DNA of 64,000 bases from Prorocentrum cordatum (taxonomy: Eukaryota), in contig CAUYUJ010000003.1 in the NCBI GenBank assembly GCA_963575745.1, positions 1,054,001-1,118,000 of the forward strand, in the 5' to 3' direction. Of this stretch, positions 38,290 through 50,259 are shown piece after piece. The position numbers and the translations under genes are program-made. Each line of letters begins with the position of its first letter. Position 1 is the first letter of the stretch. The notes beneath the pieces are model-generated. The model had not been told where the DNA came from. It saw nothing but the letters and a program-made list of their open reading frames with translations, and searched no databases.

Positions 38290-41200
38290 GTAATGGGTGT
38301 CCCAAGGGCTCGCCACCTCGGTCGCCATCATTTTCACCGCGTTCCTTGGAGGCGAAGGCGGCAACCAGATCAAGGCCAAGGCCCAGCGCCTCCTGCCTCG
38401 CACGCCGCCGATCCTTCCAGGATGGCTTCCAGCTGCGAACGTGGTCCCAGCGCGCAAGGCCACTCGCCTCCGTGACCTCCAGCCAGCTGCAGAGCAAGCC
38501 AGGGCAACGGCCCTTGGCCTCGCTGGCAACGCTCGGCCTCACCGACTGCGTGAGGTAGCAGCCTGGCCCTTCCAGGTGCGACGGCACGAGGCACTGCGCC
38601 ACCATCACCTTCGTGGTGTCGCACTACCTGATGGCGCCACTCTTGTAGCGCCAGACCAGCCCAGCTGGCGCTTACCGGCGCCCCTAGGCACCAGCGCAGG
38701 CTCAACTGGTTCAGGCGGCGGAGGGGCGCCAGCGCCGACCGCGGGCGGCACGACGGGCGGCGGATGGCCCGAGGGCGGCGGCAAAGGAGGCTCGTCGCCA
38801 CCGAAGACGATGCCGATCGCAGAATCTATAGCACCCTCGACTGCAGCCTCCAAGCCGTCGGCGCCGACAAGGATCCAGTCGTCCCCTCCCTCGCCGTCGC
38901 TGCCGCCCTCGCCCTCTCCGCTACTCTCTGCCTCCGCGCGGTCCTCGGCGCTTGCAGCGTCCTCTCCGTCATCAGAGGATGTCGCGTTCGGGTCGGGGAC
39001 GCGGCCGCCGTCCGAATCGTCGGCGTCCGAGCTCGAGGAGCTCGGCGACGATGAACTCGACGACGTCGAACTCGACGGCGAACCCGATCGGCTCGAAGGC
39101 TGGGCTGGATCCGCAGAATGCCTCGCCCGCCCTCTCCCCCTGGATCCGCCGCGAGGCCCGCGCCCACGGCCTCGACCCCGACGGCCTTGGCCTGTCCGCC
39201 CAGCGCGCGGCCTCTTCAGCTGGGGCCCGGACTCGTCCGAAATGTTCTTGACGTGCAACTCCCAAGGCTCGATCAAGTGGACGCGCTTGGATCTACCAGG
39301 AAAATGCCCAGAAGATTCAGGAATACATGACTTGACCATCTCCCGCAACGAGCGCCAAAACTGCGTAGGCTCGTGCGCTCGCATGGGCGACACTCCTAGG
39401 GCCTCTGCATCATCTCTCAAAGAACCCCGCGCCAACTCAGCAAATGTAGATCCAAATGGCTTCGGATAATGAAATGCAGCATGCAACAAACAACGATGCT
39501 CATCACCATCGCCAGTGGCCTACGCGGGCCCATCGGAGAACAGTTCAACATCAGGCAAGTCGGCTAGAGGGGCATGAGCAGCAACGAAGGTGAAGCGAAG
39601 TACAACCTCACCCTTGGCGAGAATGGCGTTCGTCTGCTTGCGGTCAGCACTGCGCCACCGCTGAAAAGCAGACCTGATGTGTGCCTCGAACTTCGCTAAC
39701 TCCAAACCGACGCCCGTGCGAATGCACATCTCACCCTCATGACACCGCCGACGAACGATGGGAATCTTGGGGTGGCAGAGGGGGGGCAACTGGCAGCCGT
39801 CACCGTCCGGCGCATCGCCTCCCAGTGCAAAGCCCTCTGCGCTGCAGACAGATCCCCATCCGCGCTGATAGCACGGGCCGAATCGTCAGCGACAAGTTGC
39901 GGCCGCCTGCGATACTTCAAAACAGTGCCAGCGTCAACGTCAACATCAGCATCCCCAGTCGGCGCCAATGCAGCACCCACGATCGCAAACGTGCCGTCAG
40001 GCGCTGTCCCCCGATTATGTTTCATCGCAGTGCCCGCTCTGCTCACCAATCCAGCCACGGTGTTCACACGCGAAAACCGCTGACGCAGAAGAAGGAGGGC
40101 GCGACTTCTAGCCGCGAGTGCAGCCTCCCGAATCGGCGAGGGTACATATGCGAATGCGGACTGCTCTCGGCGGCCCTCTGCTAGAAGAGCGTCCTGTCGG
40201 GGTCGCTGCTGTTGATGCGGCAAGAGGCCCATCGCCGGCGCGCCGCGATCGGCAGCTGGAACCGCGCTGGCAAGCGCGCCCACCATCACGGCGCCGATCC
40301 CTGGCGAAGGCAGCGAGCAAGCGGCAATGCTCCAGCTCCTCGCCGTCCAGCTGCCTGAACTGATCCTACAGCGCGGCGGCCGTCTCCTCATCGAGCCAGC
40401 GGCCGTTCACGTGCACGAGCGCTCGCCCCATCCAGAACCGCAGGCTGCCCCGCCCGCGCTCAGGCCGGCAACGCGGCCTCGGCGCCCTGGGCTTGCACGC
40501 GGCGCGGCCTCGGGATGAGTCTGGCCCCCAATCCCCAGCTGAATGAGCTGCAAAATGCGCGCTCATCTCCTCGACAGTCCCAACGCGCGCCCAAACTCTG
40601 AAACGAGCGTGTCGCTCATTGACCGATTGGAGGCGCTCCACGTCGGCCGTGTCCGTGTCAATCAGGACAAGGGCGCCCTTGAGCTCGGCCATGGCCGTCG
40701 CCGAGCCCTCTGCGCCTCTGTAGAAGTTCAAAGCATGTGCTGTGTACGAGTCCAGCAGGCACGGCTCTGCGCGCTGCAGCTCGTCGATAATACGAGGGCT
40801 CCTCAACGCATGAAACACTTTCATGGGCCATAAACGGATTTTCCCATAAACAAGACGGTTCGCTGCAGCCCCCATTCTAGCCAGGAGCTGGTGAATTCTC
40901 AACGCGGTCTCTCCAAAACGATGTTGCACAGGCGCCCCATATGACGAGTTGACTATGGCAGCATGCGCGTCGTTGAGCAGGCATCTGGCGTCAGCGTCTT
41001 CATGCGCCAGCCAAGCTTGGTATGTTCGCGCTTCGGCCTTAGACACCTTGAGCTGCTGCAGCCTTTCGAAGGAAACGCAAGACGTTGCCAACTGCTTCAG
41101 CAGGTAAACATCTGTGAGAGCTACCATTCGGGACGCGATGAACACAAGCAAGAGAGCAAAGGTCCGATCGGGCGCCTCAAAGCGTCGCGCCCCAATGCTG

Positions 41201-42900
41201 ACCACACCCCAGTCCCCAGGCGTCAACTTCCTGAGCTTTTCCCAGCCTCCCGCCCCGAGGAACGAACGGAGCGACACCTAAGCGGAAGTTCCTGACAGTA
41301 ACGCACTTCGGCGTGCCGTTGGCGCGGTGACTGTACTGTCACGCGCGGGGTGGGGGGGCCGCCCGGCGTCGAGGGCGTAGCGTTCGCGTTAAACACATCA
41401 TCAGCCAACCTGTCGCTGCTCATCCACGCCCTGGCGCCGAGGATCCTGACGTTCTGCTCCTCTTTGAACGCGCTGACCTCATCAGCGCCGTCGCCGTCAT
41501 CGTCGGCCTCGCGCCCGGGAGCTGGGCGTAGCCTTGGGGGCTTGGGCCCCCCGTCGTGGCCAGCAGCGGCCAGCTCCTCGGGCTGAGCTCGCGCCTGAGG
41601 TTCCTGCCGGCGCCGCCGCTTGGCCGGACGAGGCTCTGACGCGCCGCGCAAGTCGGCCTGCTGGAGAAGCCTGTGCACTGCAGAAGGGAGGCCGATGCAG
41701 CGATGGCTCTTCATCTTGCCCGCCCAGCTCGCACGGTTGAGGACGTCGACGGACCCGGGCAGCGCAGCCACGCCGCGACGGCGCAACAAAAGAACTGTCT
41801 GGCCACGACTGCGGCAACACCCGTTGCAGTAATGCTCGGTGGCGCCAGTTTTCCGGACGTCGCCTTTGTAGAGCCTCCTGCGCACCGCTGCTCTGAACTG
41901 GAGGGTCGCCTCAGCAGAACAGCGGGCCGCCTCGGCAGAACCGCGCCCGACGCGGACCACAACCTGTTCATCGTGGATGAGCCTGGCGTAGTGCCGCACA
42001 GCGATGAAACGTTCAACAGACAAAGTCAGTTGGCACCGTATCATGCTGCTGTCGGTTGGGCGGGGGACCGCGTGGCCCTGCTCGGCGACCTTCTTTTACC
42101 GTGGGCGCGGCAATAAACCACAATCTGGGCGCGAAGAGGGTGCTGCACTGCCATTATGCGCTCGTCTTTGTTTTCGGTTGCTGCCTGCGCCGCCACGCCC
42201 TATGACATCCACTTGCCGAGGAAGTCGCCCATCCACCAGTTTGTCATACACCTGGTCCAGTTGCCGATCCAAGCGCGCATCGATGCTCTCCGCTGTTGGC
42301 GACTCTAAAACACCGATGTGGGCGGGAGTGCTTGCAATGACATGGAGGAAGTCGTCTCTGTCATCGAAACGCTTGCGAAGCACAATGCTGAAACCAGTTT
42401 TGATGACAAACAACTCTCGTGAGCCAGCCCATCTTTCGACGATGGTGTCGGTGTCGTAATGCTGGGCGACCTGAGCAGCCACTCGGCTGCGCGTGCCGCC
42501 GTACTTCCTCCTGTGGAAGTACGGGCCAGCATCCGTCCGAGGGCCGCCAGCAGCCTCTGGGCCGCGCGATTCCCGCCTTGCAGACGGCCAGAAGCATCGG
42601 CACGATGGCAGTAACATGCCTCTGGCCAGCCATCAAGGCGGCGCGTCCCATGGCATGCACCTTCTCGCGAAATCTGCCCGCGAAGAGGCCGAGTCGAGAA
42701 GACAAACGCGACGCGCTCTCTAAGCCAGCGGGCTGCAAGGTTTTTGGATACACCCGCCGAACCATCGCGCTCGCCACGCTGGTAACGCGCTGCCAAGGGC
42801 GGCCCTGCAGCGGCCTGGCGCCCCGCCAGCGGCAGCGCAGCGTCCCGCGGCTCCAGCGCCGCGATGGCGCCGCCCTCCGCCAGCCCAGGCGGCTCGTCGC
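38290..42900 (-). mobile_element. Decayed giant DDE transposase-like gene (hAT/Mutator-type D..D-CxxH..E layout)
   Basis: Ordered minus-strand motifs: YFHRRKY[G]GT (~42495), R[G]GAGSNRK (~42190), YCRAH (CxxH at 42101-42112), EHYCNGCC (~41813-41837), WPMKVF...CLLD, DTADVERLQSVNER (~40615-40655), an acidic S/D linker, and C-terminal CYLTQS..KGRCPGLLCSWL..H..RRRAR..KER..EP. Several frameshifts. Confidence 0.6.
41147..41391. mobile_element. 245-bp unclassified insertion flanked by a 6-bp target-site duplication AACACA
   Basis: AACACA at 41141-41146 and 41392-41397. Removing 251 bp fuses two ORFs in frame (DRLADDVF|IASRMVALTDVYLL). Confidence 0.7.
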
Positions 42901-45900
42901 CGCCGCCCGCCCTCGCCCGCCCTCGCGGGCGCCGGCAGGCTGAGAGGGCTGAACGCCTCGTCGCTCAGCCGCTGCTCCGGCGAAGGAGACGCCATGACGG
43001 GCGAAGTCGCACAGGCCGAAGATGGTTTGATTGCGGTGGAAAGGGTGCCAACTCTTGGAATCGCATGTCAACGTGCGAACTGTTGTTGTTGGTCGTGGTC
43101 GCACGCGCGTTGCCTGCGTCGCGCAAGCAGCTAAATTACTCGGCGCCGAGGGTTGCGCAACGTAGGCTGCGCCGCGGCGTAGGCCGTCACGAAACGCCCC
43201 ACTTCCCCACTTATTATTAAGCTCCAAGCTGGAACCACAAGGGAGGGACCACAAGAGGGGGCCCAGGGGGGGGCGCCTTGAAGGGCAAGGGTCCGATAGG
43301 GGGTCCAGGGGCCACTGAGGGACCCCAAGGGAGTCCCGAAGGAGTGGCCCAACAGCTTCGCACGCACGGTAAGTGCACTGTTTGACCTGCGGGGCGAGGG
43401 CGAACCTCTTCCGCTAAAGGCTAGGCGAGCTGCGCGCGACTTGAATTAGGGAGACAGGGCACAGCAAGGCGGGGCCCCGGGCGGCCGGAGCGGGCGGGGC
43501 CCGGGGAACAAGCGGCGACGAAGTGGAAGTGCAGGAAAAGGTACGCCTTGGACAAGGGCCGAGGGCGAAGACCCGGAAGGCGAAGGAAATGGCGCTGCCG
43601 CCAACGGCGTTTCGCGAACACCAGCCTCAAGTACTGCAGGGGAGGACGCGCCGCTGACCAGGTCGACGCCCAGGAGGAAAAAGAGCACCACGAAGGCGAT
43701 GAGCAACGTTGCGCCACAAGATGATGCAGAGGAGGCCCGGGGTGGTAGTCCAATCCACGACCAGGTAGCAGCGTAGCTTGAGGCGCGGCCTCCAAACGAG
43801 CGGGCCGTCCATGACCGACAGGAAGTCGGTGAGCTGCAGGGGGGGGGCCTGCCCTGCGTCGGCAGCGCGTGAAGACGGGCAGCAGCCGCGCACGATGCGC
43901 TGACGTCCGCAATGCCGAGGGCCGGGCCTGAGCCGCGCAGCGCCGTGACGAGCGGGGCCGCCGAGGCGGCGAGGTGCAGCGCCTAGCGCCGGGCCGGGGC
44001 CGCGCAGTGCCGGGCGCTGCCGCCACGGGAGGGGGGGGAAGCGAGCGGGAGGGGAAGAAGCGAACACGGGGGAGAAAGGCCGGCGCGCACCGCCAGCCGT
44101 CGACGCGCCAGCCCGCACCATCGGTGCTCACATGGGAGGAGCTGGGCAACCAGTGGGATCGGGTGGGACACACGGTCCCAATACACGTTAAAGACAGGAG
44201 GGGGAGGGGTGGGGGGCAGGTAACACAGACGCGGGCCAGGTGGGCCAGTGGACAAACGCCGCTGGTGGAGCCGTGCAAGTACCATGTGCGCCGCAATAGC
44301 GCCCGTCATGCTACGCACGCCTGCCCCGCGCGCGCGACGGGGGCGCCCGTGGGCCGCCAGGCTCCTGGACCAGACTTCCAGCCAAGGCCGCGGGGGAACA
44401 AGTGGGGGGGATCAGGAGGACGCGCTGTCCCAAGCCAGGGGGCAAAGGGGGAGGGGGGAGGGGGATCAGGTGGTGGGCGTTGCCAGCGGTGGGTTGCACA
44501 TAGCCGGGGTCGGAGGGCAAGGAAGAAGCCTGGGGTGCTTCCCGGTCCAGTTGTCGTTGTACCCGGAGGTGCGCGCCTGGCCCTCCCCGCGCCCTTCACC
44601 TTTGGCAACCTCTCTTTTCTTCTGGACATCCTGGTGCAGGGCCTTTTCCCGGACCCAGTCCACGTGGGCGCCGGCGCACCGAGGCCGCGTCTCCGCGCGC
44701 TGGTTGCAACTGTCCATATCCCCCAGAAATTTGTCGATTATCTCGGGCTGGCAGCAATTCGGGTCGAACGCGACCTGGTCTTTGGATTTGCCTTTGCCCT
44801 GCTCCTTATGCCTGCGCCGCGAGTGCCAGGCTGCAGTGAAGTGGTGTCCTCCCTCAGCCTGCAGCCTCTTCAAGTGTGTGACTGCTGTCTCGTGTGAGCG
44901 GCGTGGCCAGCTGGCGCGATGGATTGTCCGTGGGCGGCTGGGGTCAGGGTTGCGGCGATCGCCCCTGTGGTGAGAGCTGCGTTGACCTTCTGGCTGGCGC
45001 CAGGGGGCCCACCCTGTGCCCCTGCCACAGTCGCGGTCCTGGCCCCAGTTGCGCTCTCTGGCTCTGCCCCAGTCATTGGTGTCTTGCTCGCGCCACGGGG
45101 CTCACTCTATGCCTTTGTTGCGGTCGCGGTCTCGGTCGCGGTCGTGCTCTCCAGTACGGGCCCGGTCGCTGGGTTCTCAGCATGGGCGAACGCCTCATCG
45201 CAGTCTCGTGCGTTCCCAAGGGAACTGGATCCCGCGCCCTGCCGCGCACGCGCTCTATCTCATGTGCCCGGGGGGGGGTGCGAGGCGCCTGTCTTCTGGG
45301 GCTTCGCGTGTGCAGGGCGCGTTCGTCGGCGGCGGCCGTCGCAAACACGGTCGGCTCCGTGGGTGCGCAGGCTGGCTGGGTCCGGTACGTACTGCTTGAG
45401 TCGCGCTCGGGACTGCTGCGTCGCTCGTCACGAGGGCTCAACTTGGCTTGGCCCTCCTCGACTGTGTCGGGGCCTGAGGAAGATGAGACCGTGTGGACCA
45501 TGCTGAGGGCCTCCGCAAGCCTCTGCTTCTGTTCCTCCTCCTGGTCGTCGCCGGTGTAATCAAGATCCTCCTCCTTAGGGTGCGCGAGGGGTGCCGGCTC
45601 GTAGGTGGGGTCCTGTGTGTCCGTGCGCGGCGCGCAAGGTTCAGGCTTGGAGTCGGGCTGAGTCCCCTCTGTGGGCGTCGCGTTGGCGCCCCCGATGTCG
45701 GCGCCGAGCCGGGAGCTAGCAGGGGCCGCTGGTGACTGCGCTTCGCGTGCCTCGTCGGAGCCCCCCCCCATGAAGGTGGCTGCTTGGAGCGCCGCGTCGC
45801 CGCGGAGGACGTTCGCGCGGAGCGTCCTGGTACCAGCGCCCCAGGCTTTCAGCCACTCGTTAGTGATTTGGGCGATCAGGGTTCGCCCGTCCTGTTCGCG

Positions 45901-48779
45901 GGCCAGGCCGTCCAGGACGGGTCTGGATGCCGCTCCGTCCAGGGGTTGCGTGGACAGGGGCTCGGCGCCGTCCGCCGACCTGAACCGCCTGGCACGGGGG
46001 AGGGCGTCGCTCCTGATGACCGCGTAGTCGCCGCTCTGGATGCACAGGTCGCACAGGTTGTCCGTTGCGATCGGGCAGGAAGAGCCCTGGATGGGTGCGT
46101 CTGGGGCTCGCCTTTGCTGCCGTTCGAGGCGGCCGGGCCCCTCGCGCTCGGGAAGGGGATCAGGAGCAGCGCTGGCGGCTGGTGGCGCCCCAACGGACTA
46201 GGTAGTCGTGGGCCGCGTGGCGGGAGGGGCCGGGGCCGGCTCGTCGCCACGCGGGGTGGGCGGGAGTGAGTCGCGGGGCGTCTCGGCGGGTCTTGGGCTG
46301 TCTGCCTGGTTGGAGGTGTGGTCAGGGCGCCCGCCCGCTCTGGGGGCAGCATGCTGCTGGGGCTCGCTGCTGGGCGCGCGTCCCGCGGCTGGCTAAGCTG
46401 AAGCGGTGGCGTTGGGGTCTGCGTGCCTGACCCCTCCGATGCGTGCTTCCTCGCCCTTGCCCCTGATCTGTGCCGCCGCTTTTGCGTGCGTCTCCCTGGC
46501 CGCCAGCTGTCGCTCCCAGGCTAGGCGCTGCTGCTTATCCTTGGGAGGTGGCGGGGGTGAGCTGTGGAGGCGCTCCTGGTAGGCGCGCGCTTCCTCATCC
46601 CAGGCCGCGGCGCGCCGCTGCGCTTCCTTCTGGTTGGGGCGTATTGCGACCCCTGTTGAGGTGGCGGGGATGCCTGGTAGCGCGGCGAGGGGTCTGACTC
46701 CTGCGCTAGGGTATACGTCAGGGCCGCACCTGTCGGGGCCATGTCTCATTGGTGGGTCAGGCATTCCTTGCAGCACGAGCCTGCGTGCCAGCGCCTGGTC
46801 AGGAACACCCCCCTCGTTAGCTGTACGGGTGGGGGCCCGTGGACCAGGCTAAAGCCGGCGCGGAGACCTTCTGGGTCAGCGGCGTGTCCGTATATGCCAG
46901 GGAATGGCTGTCCTGGTTGCCATTTGTGTCCCTCTGTGCCTGGCGGGCAGCCATCGCAGCCAAATGCCGAAATCCTTATTGTGGAAGTAGGGGATCAGGC
47001 GATCGTCGTTCGTGTTACTGGCTGGGAGTGTTTATCCGACGTTGAGCATATTCAGCTCGCCTTCCAGCGGGGCCAGCAGCTGCTCCAGGGGTGTGAAGGC
47101 CGTAGGTGTCGACGGAGGGCACAGTCCCGGCAGGGCGCGCGATGTGCGCACTGGCATGTAGTCGGGGCGGTTGTTGATCCAGCCCTTGAGATCCACGTCG
47201 TCTGAAACGGGCCGGCGCTCTTCCATGGCTGTCGTGGTCCAGCAGCAGATGCACAGCCAGGTGCGGCCCCTCCTTGGTAGTACTCCGTTAGCCTGTTGAC
47301 CAATATGGTTTGGCGGATCCGCTTGCTGACGTGCGCTCCTTTGTCGTGTTTGAAGGGGCCGCGGAGGCACCCTTGGCAGTAGAACTGGGCCTTGTTCCTT
47401 CGCCCACCTGGTGTCTCGGTCGTCTATTCCTGGGGGGCCTTAGCGCCACTCCAAGTGCGCGGCCCGAGTGGGGCGGGCGCGTCCAGGTGCAGGCGCGTAA
47501 ACGAATATCCCCCGCCTATCCAGGTGACGCTGCTTGCCTGCTTTGTTGGGTCGTCGGTAAGGCCGATGCCGGGCCCGAGCACGTCGACGTCGAGTGCGCT
47601 TCCGGCGCGCTCGTGGTTCGCCAGGGCCGATGGCTGCGAGGGTGGCCTGGAGCGGGGACTTTCCAGCCCCGAGGTCCTTTCAGGTTGCGGGGCAATCTGC
47701 ACGCCTGGCCAGCGGGTGGTTGTGGGCAACCGTGACCAGGCGGGGCGCTGCAGCGATCAGGGGCTCCAGCGCCGAGTGCAGCTCCCTGAAGTGCCGCCCC
47801 TGTAGCCCGAGCAGCGCGCCTAGGTGGCCACGAGCAATCTTTGTCGCGCGGGCGGCACGGCTCGCACAAACCGGGGGTGGCCTCGATCACGTAGCCGATG
47901 CCCTCGGCGTCCCCGTACGGGCACAGGCAGGTGCAAGGTTCGCGTTGCATGCGAAAGGGGCAGGGCGAGCAGGATCCCGGCGCGGATGGCTCCCAGGGTC
48001 GCGCCAGTGCTGTCCAGGAGGCACTTGAGGACTGTGGCCGAGCGCCCTTCCGAGTCCATGCGGCGGATAGCCTGAAACACAGGCGGTGTGGGTGGCTCCT
48101 GGTGCTTTTGGCACTTGCAAGTGGACGGCTGCCCGCATTTGGGTCTGCGCCTGGGGGCGTTGGTGGGAATAGAGGCCTCCTCAACGCGTGAAGCTGCCAG
48201 CCTCGGTCGGTCCCGTCTGGGTGGGATCAGGTCGGGGTCGACTACACAACTCTGGGCCCCATGGCCCGCAGGATAATCGCAAAGACAGCCGTGTGCACCA
48301 AGTTGCCGGCGCCCAGTCCCACCAGCGTAGAGCAGACGAAGAGGCGCTCGTTCTTGCTCCATCCCTTCCTGTCCTGCAGGCTGGTGTCCGCGGGCTGCTC
48401 CGCGACGCCCTGCTGGTGCGGATGTACTTCGAGGCACCATAGAACACACGGCCTGAAGGTCGGGCAGTATAGTAGTCGCACCACTGCAGTGTTGACGTCG
48501 CCCTCCAGGTCCTTCCAGCTGTGGTCGTCCGGGAGCGGCAGGTCGGCGCGCGCCGAGAAGCCAGCCTGCTGAGCTTGACAGGGGCCTTGATCACTTCCTT
48601 CTCCTTGCGCCTGCGGTCGGCTTCCGCCAGCAGCCGGGCCTTTTCCTCTGGGTTGCAGTGTCGGGGGTGTTGTCCTCCACGATACGCAAATCGGATCTGG
48701 ACTGGCGCACGGATCCGTCCAGCTTGTGGTGGAGCTTAGAAACGAGGCCCGCCTTCGGAGCCCAGGTGCTCAGGTGGAG

Positions 48780-49000
48780 TGCCGCGCCCAAGGCAGTGCG
48801 GAACAGCCTTGCGTCGGCGGTACAGCTGAGGCTACATTGCGGCCGCGTCAGCCCCACGTTGATGCGGTGTCGGTCGCCTGCGTGGCCCCATTTGCGCATG
48901 GATTTGGCACGGGTTGTCCTTAATATGGCAACGGACGCATCTTGTCCCTGGGCGGGGTCGAAGGTGGTGACACGGATCGTTTCGCTTTCCAGGAGGTCCG
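48780..49000 (-). pseudogene. SF1 helicase C-terminal fragment (UPF1/DNA2/SEN1-like, AAA_12 motifs V-VI)
   Basis: One frame reads ETIRVTTFDPAQGQDASVAILRTTRAKSMRKWGHAGDRHRINVGLTRPQCSLSCTADARLF. This matches V.TVD.FQG.E.D.VI.S..R....G...D.RR.NVALTRA...L..VG...L. Confidence 0.7.
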
Positions 49001-49441
49001 TTTGCTGTCGCCCGTGGGCCCCTTTCTTGCCTGGCCCGCGTCCACCGCGGATCCGTCCACTTGCGCCGCCTGCGGGCAGCGTCTCGTGTCCTGCGCCGAG
49101 CAGGGGTTGCCTGCCAGTGCGGGGGTCAGCAGTTCCGTGTACGCACGGTACCTAGCTTCAGTTTTAACCTGTACTGTCTTTCCCCAAGGGTAAGCGGACA
49201 CCACCAACACTATGATAAACTTTTTCTGGCTTTCGCCGACCCGTTAGACTTCCAACCGGAAAAGAAGAAGCGGCGTGTTCAACCCATCGCACTACCAACT
49301 CTGAAAACACAACCTGGGGGCCATCAAACCCCACCAAAGGTTGTATGTGAGACACCATAGATTAGGCGCGCAGGGTGGTTTCACCCCGGCAGCTTTGCAC
49401 TGTCCTCAGTCGTCGGCGTGCTGATGCGTGGGAGGACAGAG

Positions 49442-49519
<78 letters not shown>
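49442..49519 (+). repeat. Uninterrupted poly(A), 78 nt; probable retroposon tail
   Basis: Direct count of the A run. Confidence 0.9.
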
Positions 49520-49521
<2 letters not shown>

Positions 49522-49599
49522 GGCAAGTTTCAACAATGACCTGCTTGATCTGGCCGGGGGGATTTTTTTGTTTATTAGTTTTTGTGAAAAAAATAACCC

Positions 49600-50125
49600 C
49601 CGCTCTTTTGGAGCTTGTTGAAGGCTGCCTCTGCTCCTGGCGTGCCCACCATGGACTCCGCGAGTGTGAAGTAGGGAGTGCGTGCGGGTGCGGGCAAGGA
49701 GGCAGGCCGAGAACTGGGGCGGACAAAGTGTGGCAGAGCATCGACAACGGGGTGAAGCGACGCGCCTGGGTGCGTGCTCAAGTTTGCAGTGGCGTGTGCA
49801 CGGCCCTTGGCTCCGATCAGGCTCGCTGCAGACGCGCGTAAGGGAGCCAAAAAAGCATCCGCCCCCCGTCTTCCCCGCTTCGTGTCCCGCACTAAGCATT
49901 AATCCCGTTCGCCAAAGAAGGCCTGCCACCTGCTGGTGGCCTGCCGCTCGCTCTGCGACGGGCTGCTGCTCGCTGTTTCTTCTCCCACAGGGCAGCTTGC
50001 CGAGCGGACCCCCTCTTACGGTACGCGCGCCTACGATACATGTCGTGTCCGAGGTGGCGCTTGTGTTTGCGACTGGCAAGTCCTGGGCTGCGTGCCGCCA
50101 CCTTGAGTTTTTTAGGAACCGCGAC
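49600..50125 (-). pseudogene. LINE ORF2 fragment, post-RT thumb/tether region
   Basis: KHKRHLGHDMYRRRAYRK (R.LG.D block) and, frameshifted, RAAGHQQVAGLLWRTGLMLSAGHEAGKTG. These follow on from the RT piece that stops at ~55312. Confidence 0.55.
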
Positions 50126-50127
50126 AC

Positions 50128-50254
50128 CCTCCAGCTGGCACGCGAGGCGCGGGCTGCGCCGGCCCTCCTTCGCCGCTTCGCGGAGCTCGCGTGCACCAGC
50201 CGCTAGTTGGGGTTCTTGAGCGTCGCGGCCCAGGACGCGCTCAGGGCCACCCTG
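50128..50254 (+). pseudogene. 3' fragment of an RLE-type (CRE-like) non-LTR retrotransposon ORF, part 1
   Basis: LQLAREARAAPALLRRFAELACTSR*LGFLSVAAQDALRATL (TAG at 50204-50206 where W is expected) resembles the helical C-terminus after the restriction-like endonuclease. Confidence 0.5.
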
Positions 50255-50259
50255 ACGGC

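Noticed and set aside
38062..43219. TIRs for the giant transposase (tggggaagttcgggg versus ccccacttcccca)
   Set aside because: The match is too short and G-rich, and no TSD was found.
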